64,000 nt of DNA, from positions 27,854 through 91,853 of the forward strand of contig DUDT01000002.1 of NCBI GenBank assembly GCA_005110385.1, in the 5' to 3' direction. Position numbers and translations under genes: made by a program. Below are positions 28,711 through 37,799 of this stretch, piece after piece (the first letter of the stretch is position 1; every line of letters starts with the position of its first letter). The notes below the pieces were generated by a model, which had not been told where the DNA came from, made no database searches, and saw only the letters and a program-made list of their open reading frames with translations. The stretch comes from Candidatus Melainabacteria bacterium (GTDB taxonomy: Bacteria > Cyanobacteriota > Vampirovibrionia > LMEP-6097).

Positions 28711-29562
28711 TCAAGGCTTTGGCAACAGAGTGCTAACAGCTAGACTCTTTTTCCTAGCTAAGACTCCCCCGTTACGACGATTTAGTTTAGGTCCTTCAAA
28801 CAGCTCACAGCCAGCCTTGCTGAAACTATCTTTGGCTATACGTGCTGAACTGTAGGTAGAGATATAAGCTTTAGGCTTAGCTTTACTAACTACAGCTGCG
28901 ATAAATTCTTCTGTCCATAATACTGGACAGGTTTTAGGACTAAAGGGATCAAAAAAAATCGCATCAAAATAGTCATCTTCGATCTCAGTAACTGCATTTC
29001 GAGCATCATTTATTAAAATCCTCATATTAAGATTTTCTGTAAGTAAATTTAACTCACCGATGGTAGACGGCTGTAATACTTCACTTTCTACTTTTTCGTC
29101 ATCCTGATGTACAGCGCCACGACCAGAAGCAACTAATAATTTCTTTGCTTGCTCTGCAAGCGGCTTCATAATTGAGTCTCTAATAAATAGATAATCCTCA
29201 GGTACTTCTATATTCGGCAGTTCTGCGATAATCGCCGCATCATTTTCTAAACCTATTATCTCTATTCTCTGAGCTGGATTAATTTCCCATATTTTTTGAA
29301 TAGCGACGCCTGAATTATAAGCAAGACCGAAGCAGACATCTAGAATTCTTATTACTGGAAAACTTAAAATTGCAGGTTCCACAGAGGTCTCCGCAAGGGA
29401 AGAATTCGCAAGCTCATCTAATTTACAAGCCAGCACATGCTTATATAAGGCTTCCGTGTATGCCCCTATACTAGAGTGATAAGTCTCATTATATTCAAGA
29501 TTTTTATAAGTAGAACTACCATCTAGAGTAGTTTCCCTCACGAAAGGAGAATTAATATCCAT
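28711..29562 (-). CDS. MnmC/DUF752-type SAM-dependent methyltransferase (tRNA mnm5s2U methyltransferase-like)
   Basis: The 'AIFFDPFSPKTCPVLWTEEF' motif is characteristic of the MnmC methyltransferase domain. Confidence 0.5.
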   Translation of the reverse strand: MDINSPFVRETTLDGSSTYKNLEYNETYHSSIGAYTEALYKHVLACKLDELANSSLAETSVEPAILSFPVIRILDVCFGLAYNSGVAIQKIWEINPAQRIEIIGLENDAAIIAELPNIEVPEDYLFIRDSIMKPLAEQAKKLLVASGRGAVHQDDEKVESEVLQPSTIGELNLLTENLNMRILINDARNAVTEIEDDYFDAIFFDPFSPKTCPVLWTEEFIAAVVSKAKPKAYISTYSSARIAKDSFSKAGCELFEGPKLNRRNGGVLARKKSLAVSTLLPKP

Positions 29563-29563
29563 C

Positions 29564-29980
29564 TTAAAGCGGGTTTATAACTGAATCGCCTGTTATAAAA
29601 TAAAGAACTATATTACTAAAAGCAGTTATCAGAACGACTATTATAGTAAGAGCCGTGGCGAGCATTCTTAGTTTCGTGGTATTTAAAATCTTCTCCACGA
29701 AAAGTAAACTAATAGAATGCAAAATCCTTGATATACAGAGCAATCCAGCAAGAACATTAAAATAAATCATGTTCGGCTCCTGCATTTCAAGAAGAATTAA
29801 AAGAATTAAAGGGAGTGGAACATATTCAGAAAAATTAGCATGTGCTTTAACAGCGTAAGCTAAATTTTTACTTTCAGGTCCCTGAACCTTCCCCTTAATA
29901 CCCATGCGCACTCTAATAACTTGAGAGACGAGAAAAATATACCAGAAACCAAGGAGGGCGGCGTATACCGTAATAACCAT
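29564..29980 (-). CDS. Small 4-TM membrane protein, possibly MAPEG-like
   Basis: 138 aa with four hydrophobic helices. 'RAHANFSEYVPLPL' resembles the MAPEG loop. Confidence 0.3.
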   Translation of the reverse strand: MVITVYAALLGFWYIFLVSQVIRVRMGIKGKVQGPESKNLAYAVKAHANFSEYVPLPLILLILLEMQEPNMIYFNVLAGLLCISRILHSISLLFVEKILNTTKLRMLATALTIIVVLITAFSNIVLYFITGDSVINPL

Positions 29981-30003
29981 GCTTGCATTTTAACATGAGG
30001 GGG

Positions 30004-30160
30004 ACTGCTCGCAAACTTCAATTTCTGCGTTTTCGTCGTCCTCATGATCCTCATGTACCTTGAGTACACTGCGGTCATTCGTCCTCCTCAGCCTTGAACT
30101 TGTACGTTTGCAAGCAGCCCACGTGAATTGCTCGCAAACTTCAATTTCTGCACCACTCTC
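30004..30160 (-). repeat. Long intergenic copy of the dispersed repeat. It is palindromic and flanked by a direct duplication of GCAGAAATTGAAGTTTGCGAGCA.
   Basis: On the minus strand it reads ...GAGGACGACGAAAACGCAGAAATTGAAGTTTGCGAGCAG.... It contains an internal hairpin, GTTTGCGAGCA-N12-TGCTTGCAAAC. Confidence 0.75.
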
Positions 30161-31493
30161 ACTCTACTGGCACAGTATCAGTTTTTTTTTGGCTAATTTT
30201 AACTTTCAGTACCCTATTATCACGGCATTCTAATACTTCTAAAATAAAACCATTCGCCTCTAACTGAGCACCGATTACTGGGTCAGTACCTAAAAGACCA
30301 TAAATGAAACCACCGATAGTATCATAATGCTCAGACTCAAACTCAGAACCCAGTTCCTCATTAATTTCTCTCAGAGTCAGCTTACCATCTACTTTATAAA
30401 CACCTTTCGTGAGTTCCAGTAAAGGAACCTGTGAATGATCCTCAAACTCATTACTAATTTCACCGAAGACCTCTTCAACTATATCTTCAATAGTAACTAA
30501 TCCACTAGTACCACCATACTCATCAATAAGAATCGCTATCTGTTTTTTCTTCTGCTGCATCATCGACATTAAATCTATAATGTACATTCCATCAGGGACT
30601 TTTAAAACTTCTTTCACTATCGATTCTATAGGATCGTGCACCCCACCTCGTTCATAGGCACGCAACATCTCTTTAATGCTCACATAGCCGATGATCTTAT
30701 CTAATCTTTTCTGGAATACGGGAAATTTAGAAAAGGGATGCTTATTAGTAATCTTCATCGCCTCTTCGATACTAATACCAGCCTCAATACAGATCATATC
30801 TGTTCTCGGGTGCATTATATCTCTTGCGATAGTATCGTTAAACTGAAACACGTTCTGAATAAGCTTCTCTTCCTCTTCTTCGATAATCCCCTCTTCTTGA
30901 GAGGTACTCAGAATCAGCTTCAGCTCATCTTCAGAATGAATCGCATCAGTGGAATCCATATCTATTCCTATTAGCTTAAGAATAGAGTTAGAACAGAAAT
31001 TTAAAAGCATCACTGGTAATTTAAAAATCGTATGAATAAACTCTAAAAAGAAAGCTAATCTCAGACCAGTCTTCTCTGGATTAATTAAAGCTAAATTTTT
31101 AGGAATTAATTCACCAATTATGACATGAATAAACGTTACTAAAGCTATCGCACAGGCTAGAGAAATAGCATGAGGATCTATACCTAGATCTTGAATTTGA
31201 GAAATATAAGGAAGGAGTATCTCCTCTAATTTAGATTCAGCTAATGCACCAAGCACTAAACTCGCTACTGTAATACCTACTTGGCAGGCAGAGATATAAT
31301 CATTTATATTCTCTAATATTTTTTGTAAAATTTTTGCTGCCGCTAATTTTGGCAGATTCTTAGGGTTTCGAGAGTTTACGATGTGGTCTACTTGTGACTT
31401 TCTGAGTCTAGCTATCGCAAATTCTGCTGCAACGAATGTACCATTGAGAAGAATAATCCCGAAGATTAAAAGTAAAGACGAATAGTCTTCCAT
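30159..31493 (-). CDS. CNNM/DUF21-CBS-CorC_HlyC family transporter (hemolysin C / CorC-like)
   Basis: N-terminal DUF21 TM domain, a tandem CBS pair and a C-terminal 'transporter-associated' domain. Confidence 0.75.
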   Translation of the reverse strand: MEDYSSLLLIFGIILLNGTFVAAEFAIARLRKSQVDHIVNSRNPKNLPKLAAAKILQKILENINDYISACQVGITVASLVLGALAESKLEEILLPYISQIQDLGIDPHAISLACAIALVTFIHVIIGELIPKNLALINPEKTGLRLAFFLEFIHTIFKLPVMLLNFCSNSILKLIGIDMDSTDAIHSEDELKLILSTSQEEGIIEEEEEKLIQNVFQFNDTIARDIMHPRTDMICIEAGISIEEAMKITNKHPFSKFPVFQKRLDKIIGYVSIKEMLRAYERGGVHDPIESIVKEVLKVPDGMYIIDLMSMMQQKKKQIAILIDEYGGTSGLVTIEDIVEEVFGEISNEFEDHSQVPLLELTKGVYKVDGKLTLREINEELGSEFESEHYDTIGGFIYGLLGTDPVIGAQLEANGFILEVLECRDNRVLKVKISQKKTDTVPVE

Positions 31494-31630
31494 TTTGAGT
31501 ATAAGTGTAATATACCACGTTTAAAGCTCTGTTAAGTAAATTCACTTTCAAACTCAGCGATTACACCTAAGAAATAGCTCATTTACTCTATAAAAACAGA
31601 CTGTAATTAAGGAATAAAAATCCTATATAA

Positions 31631-32476
31631 ATGTTTAAATACAGAGCAAAGCACGAAAGAAAACTTGTATCAATAGTTTTGATACTGAGTCTTACGTGCT
31701 TGCAAAGCTCTGTATGTTTTGCCGCCAAGCCCAAAGGAAATCCAACGGTGGACCCGAATAAGCTTTCTGGCGGTCTTATAAAAACTAATGGTTATTATTT
31801 ACCGCGAGGTTTAAAAATCCCTGTAGAGCTTAGAACTCCCGTCGATACTCGTATGAGCCAGCAGGGAGATCAAGTCACAGTCCAAGTAATGCAGGATGTA
31901 GTTATTAATGATTATGTGATAATTCCGACTAATAGCTTTATGCATGGCTTTATTTCTAAATTAGATAAACCAGGAAAATTCTATAAAAATCCGACTCTCG
32001 AAATTAATTTCGATCGCATAGCGATACCACAGACTAATTTAAATCGTGAACTCAGCATAAAAGGTCTAATTCGCCAAAAAGAGCTGATGGCTCATACTGA
32101 GAAAGTAAATTTCGGCGACAGTTATAAAAAACGAGCAGCGTTAGCTGCTGGTATAGGTGGAACAGTAGCTGGCAGTGGTGCCTATGCCTTTTTAGCCTTA
32201 GCTAACCCCTACGATACTTTCGGGATAGCTAAAATTTTAGATTTTATTACCTTTGGCAGTGTCGTAGCTGGTGGAGCAGTATTAGGAGCAGCACTAGTAA
32301 CCCGTGATGATGTAAGAATGGAGCCGGGCACTAAACTAGATGTACTATTAGAAGAATCCACTTATGATAACTTCACTCCAGAACATGCTTTATCGCAGCA
32401 TAAGCTTGAGGATAAACCTATGAGTTTAAGTGAAGAGTACGATAGGCTTTCGACTATGCAGGCTGAGAAATTATAG
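31631..32476 (+). CDS. Hypothetical secreted protein
   Basis: Signal peptide 'LVSIVLILSLTCLQSSVCFAA'. No recognised domain. Confidence 0.4.
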   Translation: MFKYRAKHERKLVSIVLILSLTCLQSSVCFAAKPKGNPTVDPNKLSGGLIKTNGYYLPRGLKIPVELRTPVDTRMSQQGDQVTVQVMQDVVINDYVIIPTNSFMHGFISKLDKPGKFYKNPTLEINFDRIAIPQTNLNRELSIKGLIRQKELMAHTEKVNFGDSYKKRAALAAGIGGTVAGSGAYAFLALANPYDTFGIAKILDFITFGSVVAGGAVLGAALVTRDDVRMEPGTKLDVLLEESTYDNFTPEHALSQHKLEDKPMSLSEEYDRLSTMQAEKL

Positions 32477-32584
32477 ATCTAATTTTCAATAAATCTCTGA
32501 GTATTAACTCAAGTTAATGCACTTATCGTTAATCTAAGAGTAATTTTAATTTCTGTGATGGGAATTAGATTAGGATGTTAGTTT

Positions 32585-33106
32585 ATGAATTTATCATTAG
32601 ATACTACTACATCACCTGCTTTAACCTCTTCTCAGATAATCAATGATATTGGGCAAGGTACACAAGCAGCAATCACAGGAACTAGAACTGCTGACCCAAG
32701 AACAGAAGGAGTTCAATTAGCCCAAGCACCTTTTAATATAAATCAGGCTGCAGTTTTAATATCGAGCCTCTCTCAAAATAATGGAAAAGTAGAAGGCTTG
32801 CAGATAACTAAAAAAGATACTCAGCGAGATTTAACACAAAACAATAATGGAAAAGAAACTGATATTTTTAACGCTACATTTCAAGGAACCCCTATAACTA
32901 TACGCATAGAGAAATATTTAATAAATACTGCCTATGGTAGTAACGATGAGAAAATCGGCATTCCAAATAGCATAACTATTGAATCAGCTTCTGGCAATGT
33001 AACCCGTAGCAGTGAAGATCTTGGTACGTCTGCCTATATCGGTGAAGGCAAGCTTAATACCATAAATTTCAATTTAAATAAATTAGTACCCAAAGAAACT
33101 AAATAA
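32585..33106 (+). CDS. Hypothetical protein
   Basis: 173-aa ORF followed by a strong terminator. Confidence 0.35.
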   Translation: MNLSLDTTTSPALTSSQIINDIGQGTQAAITGTRTADPRTEGVQLAQAPFNINQAAVLISSLSQNNGKVEGLQITKKDTQRDLTQNNNGKETDIFNATFQGTPITIRIEKYLINTAYGSNDEKIGIPNSITIESASGNVTRSSEDLGTSAYIGEGKLNTINFNLNKLVPKETK

Positions 33107-33147
33107 AACTATCAAGCCAAGAGCTTCCTCGCAATCACAAAAATAAA

Positions 33148-33190
33148 AAAGCCCCGTCAAAATATTTCTGACGGGGCTTTTTTATTTTAA
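33148..33190. terminator. Bidirectional rho-independent terminator (AGCCCCGTC-loop-GACGGGGCT flanked by A/T runs)
   Basis: 'aaaaaagccccgtcaaaatatttctgacggggcttttttatttt' between convergent genes. Confidence 0.8.
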
Positions 33191-33205
33191 ATCTTCAAGC
33201 GCTAT

Positions 33206-33775
33206 TTACTTCTTAGCCTTAGCAGCATCAAGATCAGCTTGAGTAAGAACTTTAGTTCTATCATCGAAAGGCTTAACATCGACTACTTTAACTTTAAACT
33301 TTAATTCCTCGCCGGCAAGCGGGTGATTATAATCGATAGTCACTTTAGAATCAGTAAAACTAACTATTTTTAGTGGAGTAGAAACATTATTACCTTTAGC
33401 ATCTTTATTTACAGCATAGATAGTAGAACCATTTTTAAGTTCCACACCCGTAAATCTTTTATCTCTATCAATTTCTACAACTTTTTTAGGGTCACGAGCG
33501 CCATAAGCCTCTTCTGGCTTAAGCACAAAAGACTTACTAGAACCTTTACGCATACCTAATAATTTATCTTCAAACGCTTTTAATAACTGTTTATTACCGA
33601 TAACGATCTCAAGCGGTTTTTTACCTTTAGTCGTATCAAACTCTTCACCAGACTTCTTGAAAGTACCAGTATAGTCAAAAGTAACTATGGAACCTAAATC
33701 CGCTTTAGGACCAGTACAAGCAAAACTCGTAAACATTACGAACGCTAAGACTAAAAAACTTATTCTTTTTGACAT
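33206..33775 (-). CDS. FKBP-type peptidyl-prolyl cis-trans isomerase lipoprotein (SlyD/FkpA-like, with an IF-domain insert)
   Basis: Lipoprotein signal 'FVMFTSFAC'. 'DYTGTF..GEEFD' and 'DYNHPLAGEELKFKVKVVDV' are FKBP motifs. Confidence 0.75.
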   Translation of the reverse strand: MSKRISFLVLAFVMFTSFACTGPKADLGSIVTFDYTGTFKKSGEEFDTTKGKKPLEIVIGNKQLLKAFEDKLLGMRKGSSKSFVLKPEEAYGARDPKKVVEIDRDKRFTGVELKNGSTIYAVNKDAKGNNVSTPLKIVSFTDSKVTIDYNHPLAGEELKFKVKVVDVKPFDDRTKVLTQADLDAAKAKK

Positions 33776-33798
33776 CAGAAACTAAATTGTAGCCAATT

Positions 33799-34506
33799 TC
33801 AACCTGTCAAATCAATGTTTTCGTAACCATTTTCACGTTTTAAGTAATCTTTCATAATGGTACTGACATAATTTTTAGTTTCACTGTAAGGTGGAATGCC
33901 TTTATATTTCGCCACTGCTTCTGGCCCTGCATTATAAGCCGCTAGTGCCTTCTGAACATTTCCATCGAAACGACTTAACATCTGAGCTAAATATTTAACA
34001 CCACCTTTAACATTCTGATAAGGATTCCAACTATTAAAAACACCCATATCACGTGCAGTTCCTGGCATAAGCTGCATCAGCCCTTCAGCCCCCACCGCAC
34101 TTTTCGCATTAGGATCGAAACCTGATTCCTGTTTAATAACACTTTTCACTAAATTGGGCGAAAGATCTACCTTATAGTAAGTCGCAAGCTCAGCGGTCGT
34201 CGTATTAATGTAATCCTCGAAGCCCTCAGGGAGCTGACTGTAAGCATCTGCATTTTTTACAGCTTGCCGAATATTAAGATCACTCTGGCTTACAGCATTA
34301 ACACTGTTACCTACAAACTGATGACCCTCTGTTTTAGAAGTCACTGGCTTACTCGGGTCTATAAATTTATTTAAAACATTAGCGAAGCTAGCTCTCTCAC
34401 CGAACTTTTGATCTAAAATTCTAGTCTTAGCCTCAACCTGAGACTCTAGCCCCTTTAAGTAGCTGTTCATCTGGGCTATACGCTGTTCTATGAATGATAA
34501 AGCCAT
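33799..34506 (-). CDS. Lytic transglycosylase (SLT domain)
   Basis: 'ESGFDPNAKSAVGAEGLMQLMPGTA' is the SLT catalytic motif. Confidence 0.75.
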   Translation of the reverse strand: MALSFIEQRIAQMNSYLKGLESQVEAKTRILDQKFGERASFANVLNKFIDPSKPVTSKTEGHQFVGNSVNAVSQSDLNIRQAVKNADAYSQLPEGFEDYINTTTAELATYYKVDLSPNLVKSVIKQESGFDPNAKSAVGAEGLMQLMPGTARDMGVFNSWNPYQNVKGGVKYLAQMLSRFDGNVQKALAAYNAGPEAVAKYKGIPPYSETKNYVSTIMKDYLKRENGYENIDLTG

Positions 34507-34573
34507 GACCCCTACTTTATCCCACGTATAAAGCCTAAGCTCTATCGTGTTAATGTAGTATATTTAGTCTTGT

Positions 34574-34795
34574 ATGCTACCTTTTGGTCTAGGTCTTCCA
34601 GAGTTAATAGTCATCCTTTTCGTGGCTTTAATTATATTTGGCCCTAAGAAGCTCCCCGAATTAGGTAAAAACCTAGGTAAAGGGCTTAAAAGCTTTAAAA
34701 AAGGCATAGAAGAGGCTGGCGAAGAGTTTAAAAAAGCTACTGATTCTGAAATAGAGAATCCTATGAAGCCTAATGATGATAAGGCTCAGCCATAA
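34574..34795 (+). CDS. tatA: Twin-arginine translocase subunit TatA/E
   Basis: '[27 protein letters not shown]' is a typical TatA TM plus amphipathic helix. 73 aa. Confidence 0.75.
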   Translation: MLPFGLGLPELIVILFVALIIFGPKKLPELGKNLGKGLKSFKKGIEEAGEEFKKATDSEIENPMKPNDDKAQP

Positions 34796-34826
34796 CTAAA
34801 GTCTGACATTAGATTTAGCTGCTAAT

Positions 34827-35894
34827 CTAGACCCCAGCAGCCTGAGACTCTTCAGTAACAGTCCAAGTATCACTAGAATAAATAAGTTTTTTAAGAATAC
34901 CAACACCTCTCTGCGCCTTAGCTTGAGCTTCTTGTTCATAAAGAACCTCATCATAGGTAGGCTTTCTAACCGCTCTTAAAACACCCATCGCAGTAGGAGT
35001 GCCTTCTAGGCTAACACCTAACTGACTGATTAAATAAGAAAGTGTGTGGTCTTCGTTTTTCGGATCATGGACTAGGAATTTTTTTCCAGTTATTGACACA
35101 GAAGTATCAGTAGCATTAACTTCTTCTACTATCAGCCTTGGATGAGAACCTTCTAAGCTCATAACTATACCCTGAGTATCGTTATTAAATAATAGTGGCT
35201 TACCCTCTTCTAAAATGAGATTCTCTTCTGCCTTAGTTTCTTTATCTAAATACTTAGCGAAAGCACCATCATTAAAGATATTACAGTTCTGAAGTATCTC
35301 TACGAAAGCAGTGCCTTTATGATCAGCAGCAGCTTTTAGGATCTCTTGCATGTGCTTAGGATTAGCAGCATTAGTTCTAGCAGCGAATGTCGCACCAGAA
35401 GCGATAGCGAAAGCTACAGGGTTTAAAGGATTATCAATAGAACCATAGACAGAAGTTTTAGTTACCTTACCCTTCTCAGATGTCGGTGAATACTGACCTT
35501 TAGTAAGACCATAAATTCTGTTATTAAACAGTAGAACTTTAAGATCCATATTTCTTCTGATCATATGCACTGTATGATTAGCACCAATGCTAAGGCCATC
35601 TCCATCACCAGTAACTACCCAGACTGATAAATCTGGATTAGCCATTTTAACACCAGAAGCTACTGTAGGAGCGCGTCCATGAATAGTATGAAAACCATAA
35701 GTATCCATGTAATATGGAAAACGGCTAGAGCAGCCTATACCAGAAACGAAACAGAATTTTTCTTTAGGTATACCTAGAGTAGGAAGCACTGTCTGAACTG
35801 AAGATAGAATCGCATAGTCTCCACAACCTGGACACCATTTAACATCACCTTCACTAACGAAATCCGCTTTAGTTAACTCTTGAGTCTGAGTCAT
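34827..35894 (-). CDS. korB: 2-oxoglutarate/2-oxoacid:ferredoxin oxidoreductase beta subunit (TPP-binding)
   Basis: 'WCPGCGDY' and the TPP motif 'VTGDGDGLSIGANH'. Confidence 0.8.
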   Translation of the reverse strand: MTQTQELTKADFVSEGDVKWCPGCGDYAILSSVQTVLPTLGIPKEKFCFVSGIGCSSRFPYYMDTYGFHTIHGRAPTVASGVKMANPDLSVWVVTGDGDGLSIGANHTVHMIRRNMDLKVLLFNNRIYGLTKGQYSPTSEKGKVTKTSVYGSIDNPLNPVAFAIASGATFAARTNAANPKHMQEILKAAADHKGTAFVEILQNCNIFNDGAFAKYLDKETKAEENLILEEGKPLLFNNDTQGIVMSLEGSHPRLIVEEVNATDTSVSITGKKFLVHDPKNEDHTLSYLISQLGVSLEGTPTAMGVLRAVRKPTYDEVLYEQEAQAKAQRGVGILKKLIYSSDTWTVTEESQAAGV

Positions 35895-35895
35895 C

Positions 35896-37746
35896 TTATT
35901 TATCTCCTATAAGCTCTTTAGCTCTACTAACTAGATCTGAAACCGCAAACGGCTTAGTATTAACCTGATTAATACCCTTAATATCTATCAAGAATTTAGC
36001 TCTTAATATCATTAAAAGCTGACCTGAATTCAGCTCTGGAACTACTATATGTTTAAATCTGCTGAAAATCTCTCCTAAATCATTAGGTAAAGGATTGATA
36101 TGTCTTAAATGCACTTGCCCAACTTTATAACCACTTGCAAGGAGCTCATCTGCAGCGGTTCTTATAGCACCGTAAGTACTACCCCAACCTAAAAATAATA
36201 AATCTCCAGACTGCTCACCATAAACCTCTAATGGCGGAAGTTTATCAGCGATACCTTTAACCTTCGCCGCTCTGATTTTAACCATCTCTTCATGAACTTC
36301 AGCACTAAGATTTACTTTACCAGTAATATTTTCTTTCTCTAGACCACCTATAGTATGCTCACAACCCGGTGTTCCAGGAATAGCCCACTGCCTAGCTAAA
36401 TCATCATTACGCCTGTAAGGAGCGAATGTGTCTATATCTTCATGAATTCTAGTATGAATTGGTTTAAGAGTCTCTAAATCTGGTAACTTCCACGGTTCTG
36501 AACCGATAGCTATCTGTGTATCACTCAATATCACTACTGGTGTCATATACTCCATAGCTATTCTACAAGCCTCAATAGCAGCTAAGAAGCAGTCAGATGG
36601 ACTACGAGCAGCCACCACTGGAATAGGGCTTTCACCATTTCTTCCATAGAGGACTTGAAGTAAATCAGTCTGTTCAGTTTTCGTAGGTAAGCCAGTAGAA
36701 GGGCCACCACGCTGAATATCAGCAATAACTACTGGAAGCTCTGTTATAACCGCTAAATTCATAAACTCAGATTTAAGAGCGATACCAGGACCAGAAGTCG
36801 TAGTAATAGCTAACTGTCCAGCGAAAGCAGCTCCTATAGCAGATCCTATCCCTGCGATTTCATCTTCAGCTTGGAAAGTTTTAACTCCGAAATTTTTATA
36901 CATAGAAAGCTCTTGAAGTATTTCCGTAGCTGGCGTTATAGGGTAAGAACCAATAAACAAAGGCTTACCAACAAGCTCACTTGCTGCGACGAAACCCAAG
37001 GAAATAGCTTGGTTACCAGTAATATTACGGTAAACACCAGGAACTATTTTAGCTTTCGGCACCTCATAAGTATTCTGGAATATCTCAGTGGTATTACCAT
37101 AGTTATAACCAGCTTTTAAAGCTCTTACATTAGATTCGAATAAATCTGGTTTCTTGCCAAACTTACTCTCTAACCACTCTAGGGTAGGGTCTAAAGATCT
37201 AGAATAAATCCAGTAAGTAAGACCTAAAGCAAACATATTCTTACAACGCTCTTTAGCCTTAGCCATCATATCTAAGCCGTCTAAAGCTCCTAGGGTCATT
37301 TTCGTAATAGGTACTTTATATATTCTGAATTTATTCAAATATTTAGAAAAAACGTCTTCGTCTTCTTTAAAACCAGCTTTCTTTAGATTACTTGCGCTGA
37401 AAGCATCTTCATTAATAATCAAAATACCGTTCTGCCTTAGATCATTTATATTCGTTTTAAAAGCAGCTGGATTCATCGCTACAAGAACATCTAGATGATC
37501 ACCTGCAGTGTGAATATTATTCGAGCTAAAGTGAATCTGAAAACCAGAAACCCCAGCTAGCGTACCTTGTGGGGCTCTAATCTCAGCAGGGAAATTAGGA
37601 TAGGTACTGGTATCATTTCCAAAAAGAGCACTGGTATTCGTAAACTGAGTACCTGTAAGCTGCATTCCATCACCACTATCTCCGACAAATCTTATCGTAA
37701 CGGAAGATAGAGTTTCTTTAGGCTTTTCTTGTGTGACCATTTGCAA
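35896..37746 (-). CDS. korA: 2-oxoglutarate/2-oxoacid:ferredoxin oxidoreductase alpha subunit (fused gamma-alpha)
   Basis: 'GDSGDGMQLTG' gamma-domain motif and a pyruvate-flavodoxin-oxidoreductase-type core. Adjacent to korB. Confidence 0.8.
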   Translation of the reverse strand: MQMVTQEKPKETLSSVTIRFVGDSGDGMQLTGTQFTNTSALFGNDTSTYPNFPAEIRAPQGTLAGVSGFQIHFSSNNIHTAGDHLDVLVAMNPAAFKTNINDLRQNGILIINEDAFSASNLKKAGFKEDEDVFSKYLNKFRIYKVPITKMTLGALDGLDMMAKAKERCKNMFALGLTYWIYSRSLDPTLEWLESKFGKKPDLFESNVRALKAGYNYGNTTEIFQNTYEVPKAKIVPGVYRNITGNQAISLGFVAASELVGKPLFIGSYPITPATEILQELSMYKNFGVKTFQAEDEIAGIGSAIGAAFAGQLAITTTSGPGIALKSEFMNLAVITELPVVIADIQRGGPSTGLPTKTEQTDLLQVLYGRNGESPIPVVAARSPSDCFLAAIEACRIAMEYMTPVVILSDTQIAIGSEPWKLPDLETLKPIHTRIHEDIDTFAPYRRNDDLARQWAIPGTPGCEHTIGGLEKENITGKVNLSAEVHEEMVKIRAAKVKGIADKLPPLEVYGEQSGDLLFLGWGSTYGAIRTAADELLASGYKVGQVHLRHINPLPNDLGEIFSRFKHIVVPELNSGQLLMILRAKFLIDIKGINQVNTKPFAVSDLVSRAKELIGDK

Positions 37747-37799
37747 TAATTATATCCCAATAGAAGGCTTATACCCAAGGTTAAAACTTTATAAGAACT

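Noticed and set aside
29860-30078. ORF 29860-30078 (minus strand, 72 aa) and ORF 54661-54909 (plus strand, 82 aa).
   Set aside because: Both are built almost entirely from repeat-element sequence in intergenic positions. They are most likely artefactual reading frames created by the element.
34796-34826. Possible terminator hairpin between tatA and korB (AGATTTAGC..GCTAATCT).
   Set aside because: The stem is imperfect (one bulged T) and there is no following T-run, so it was not called.
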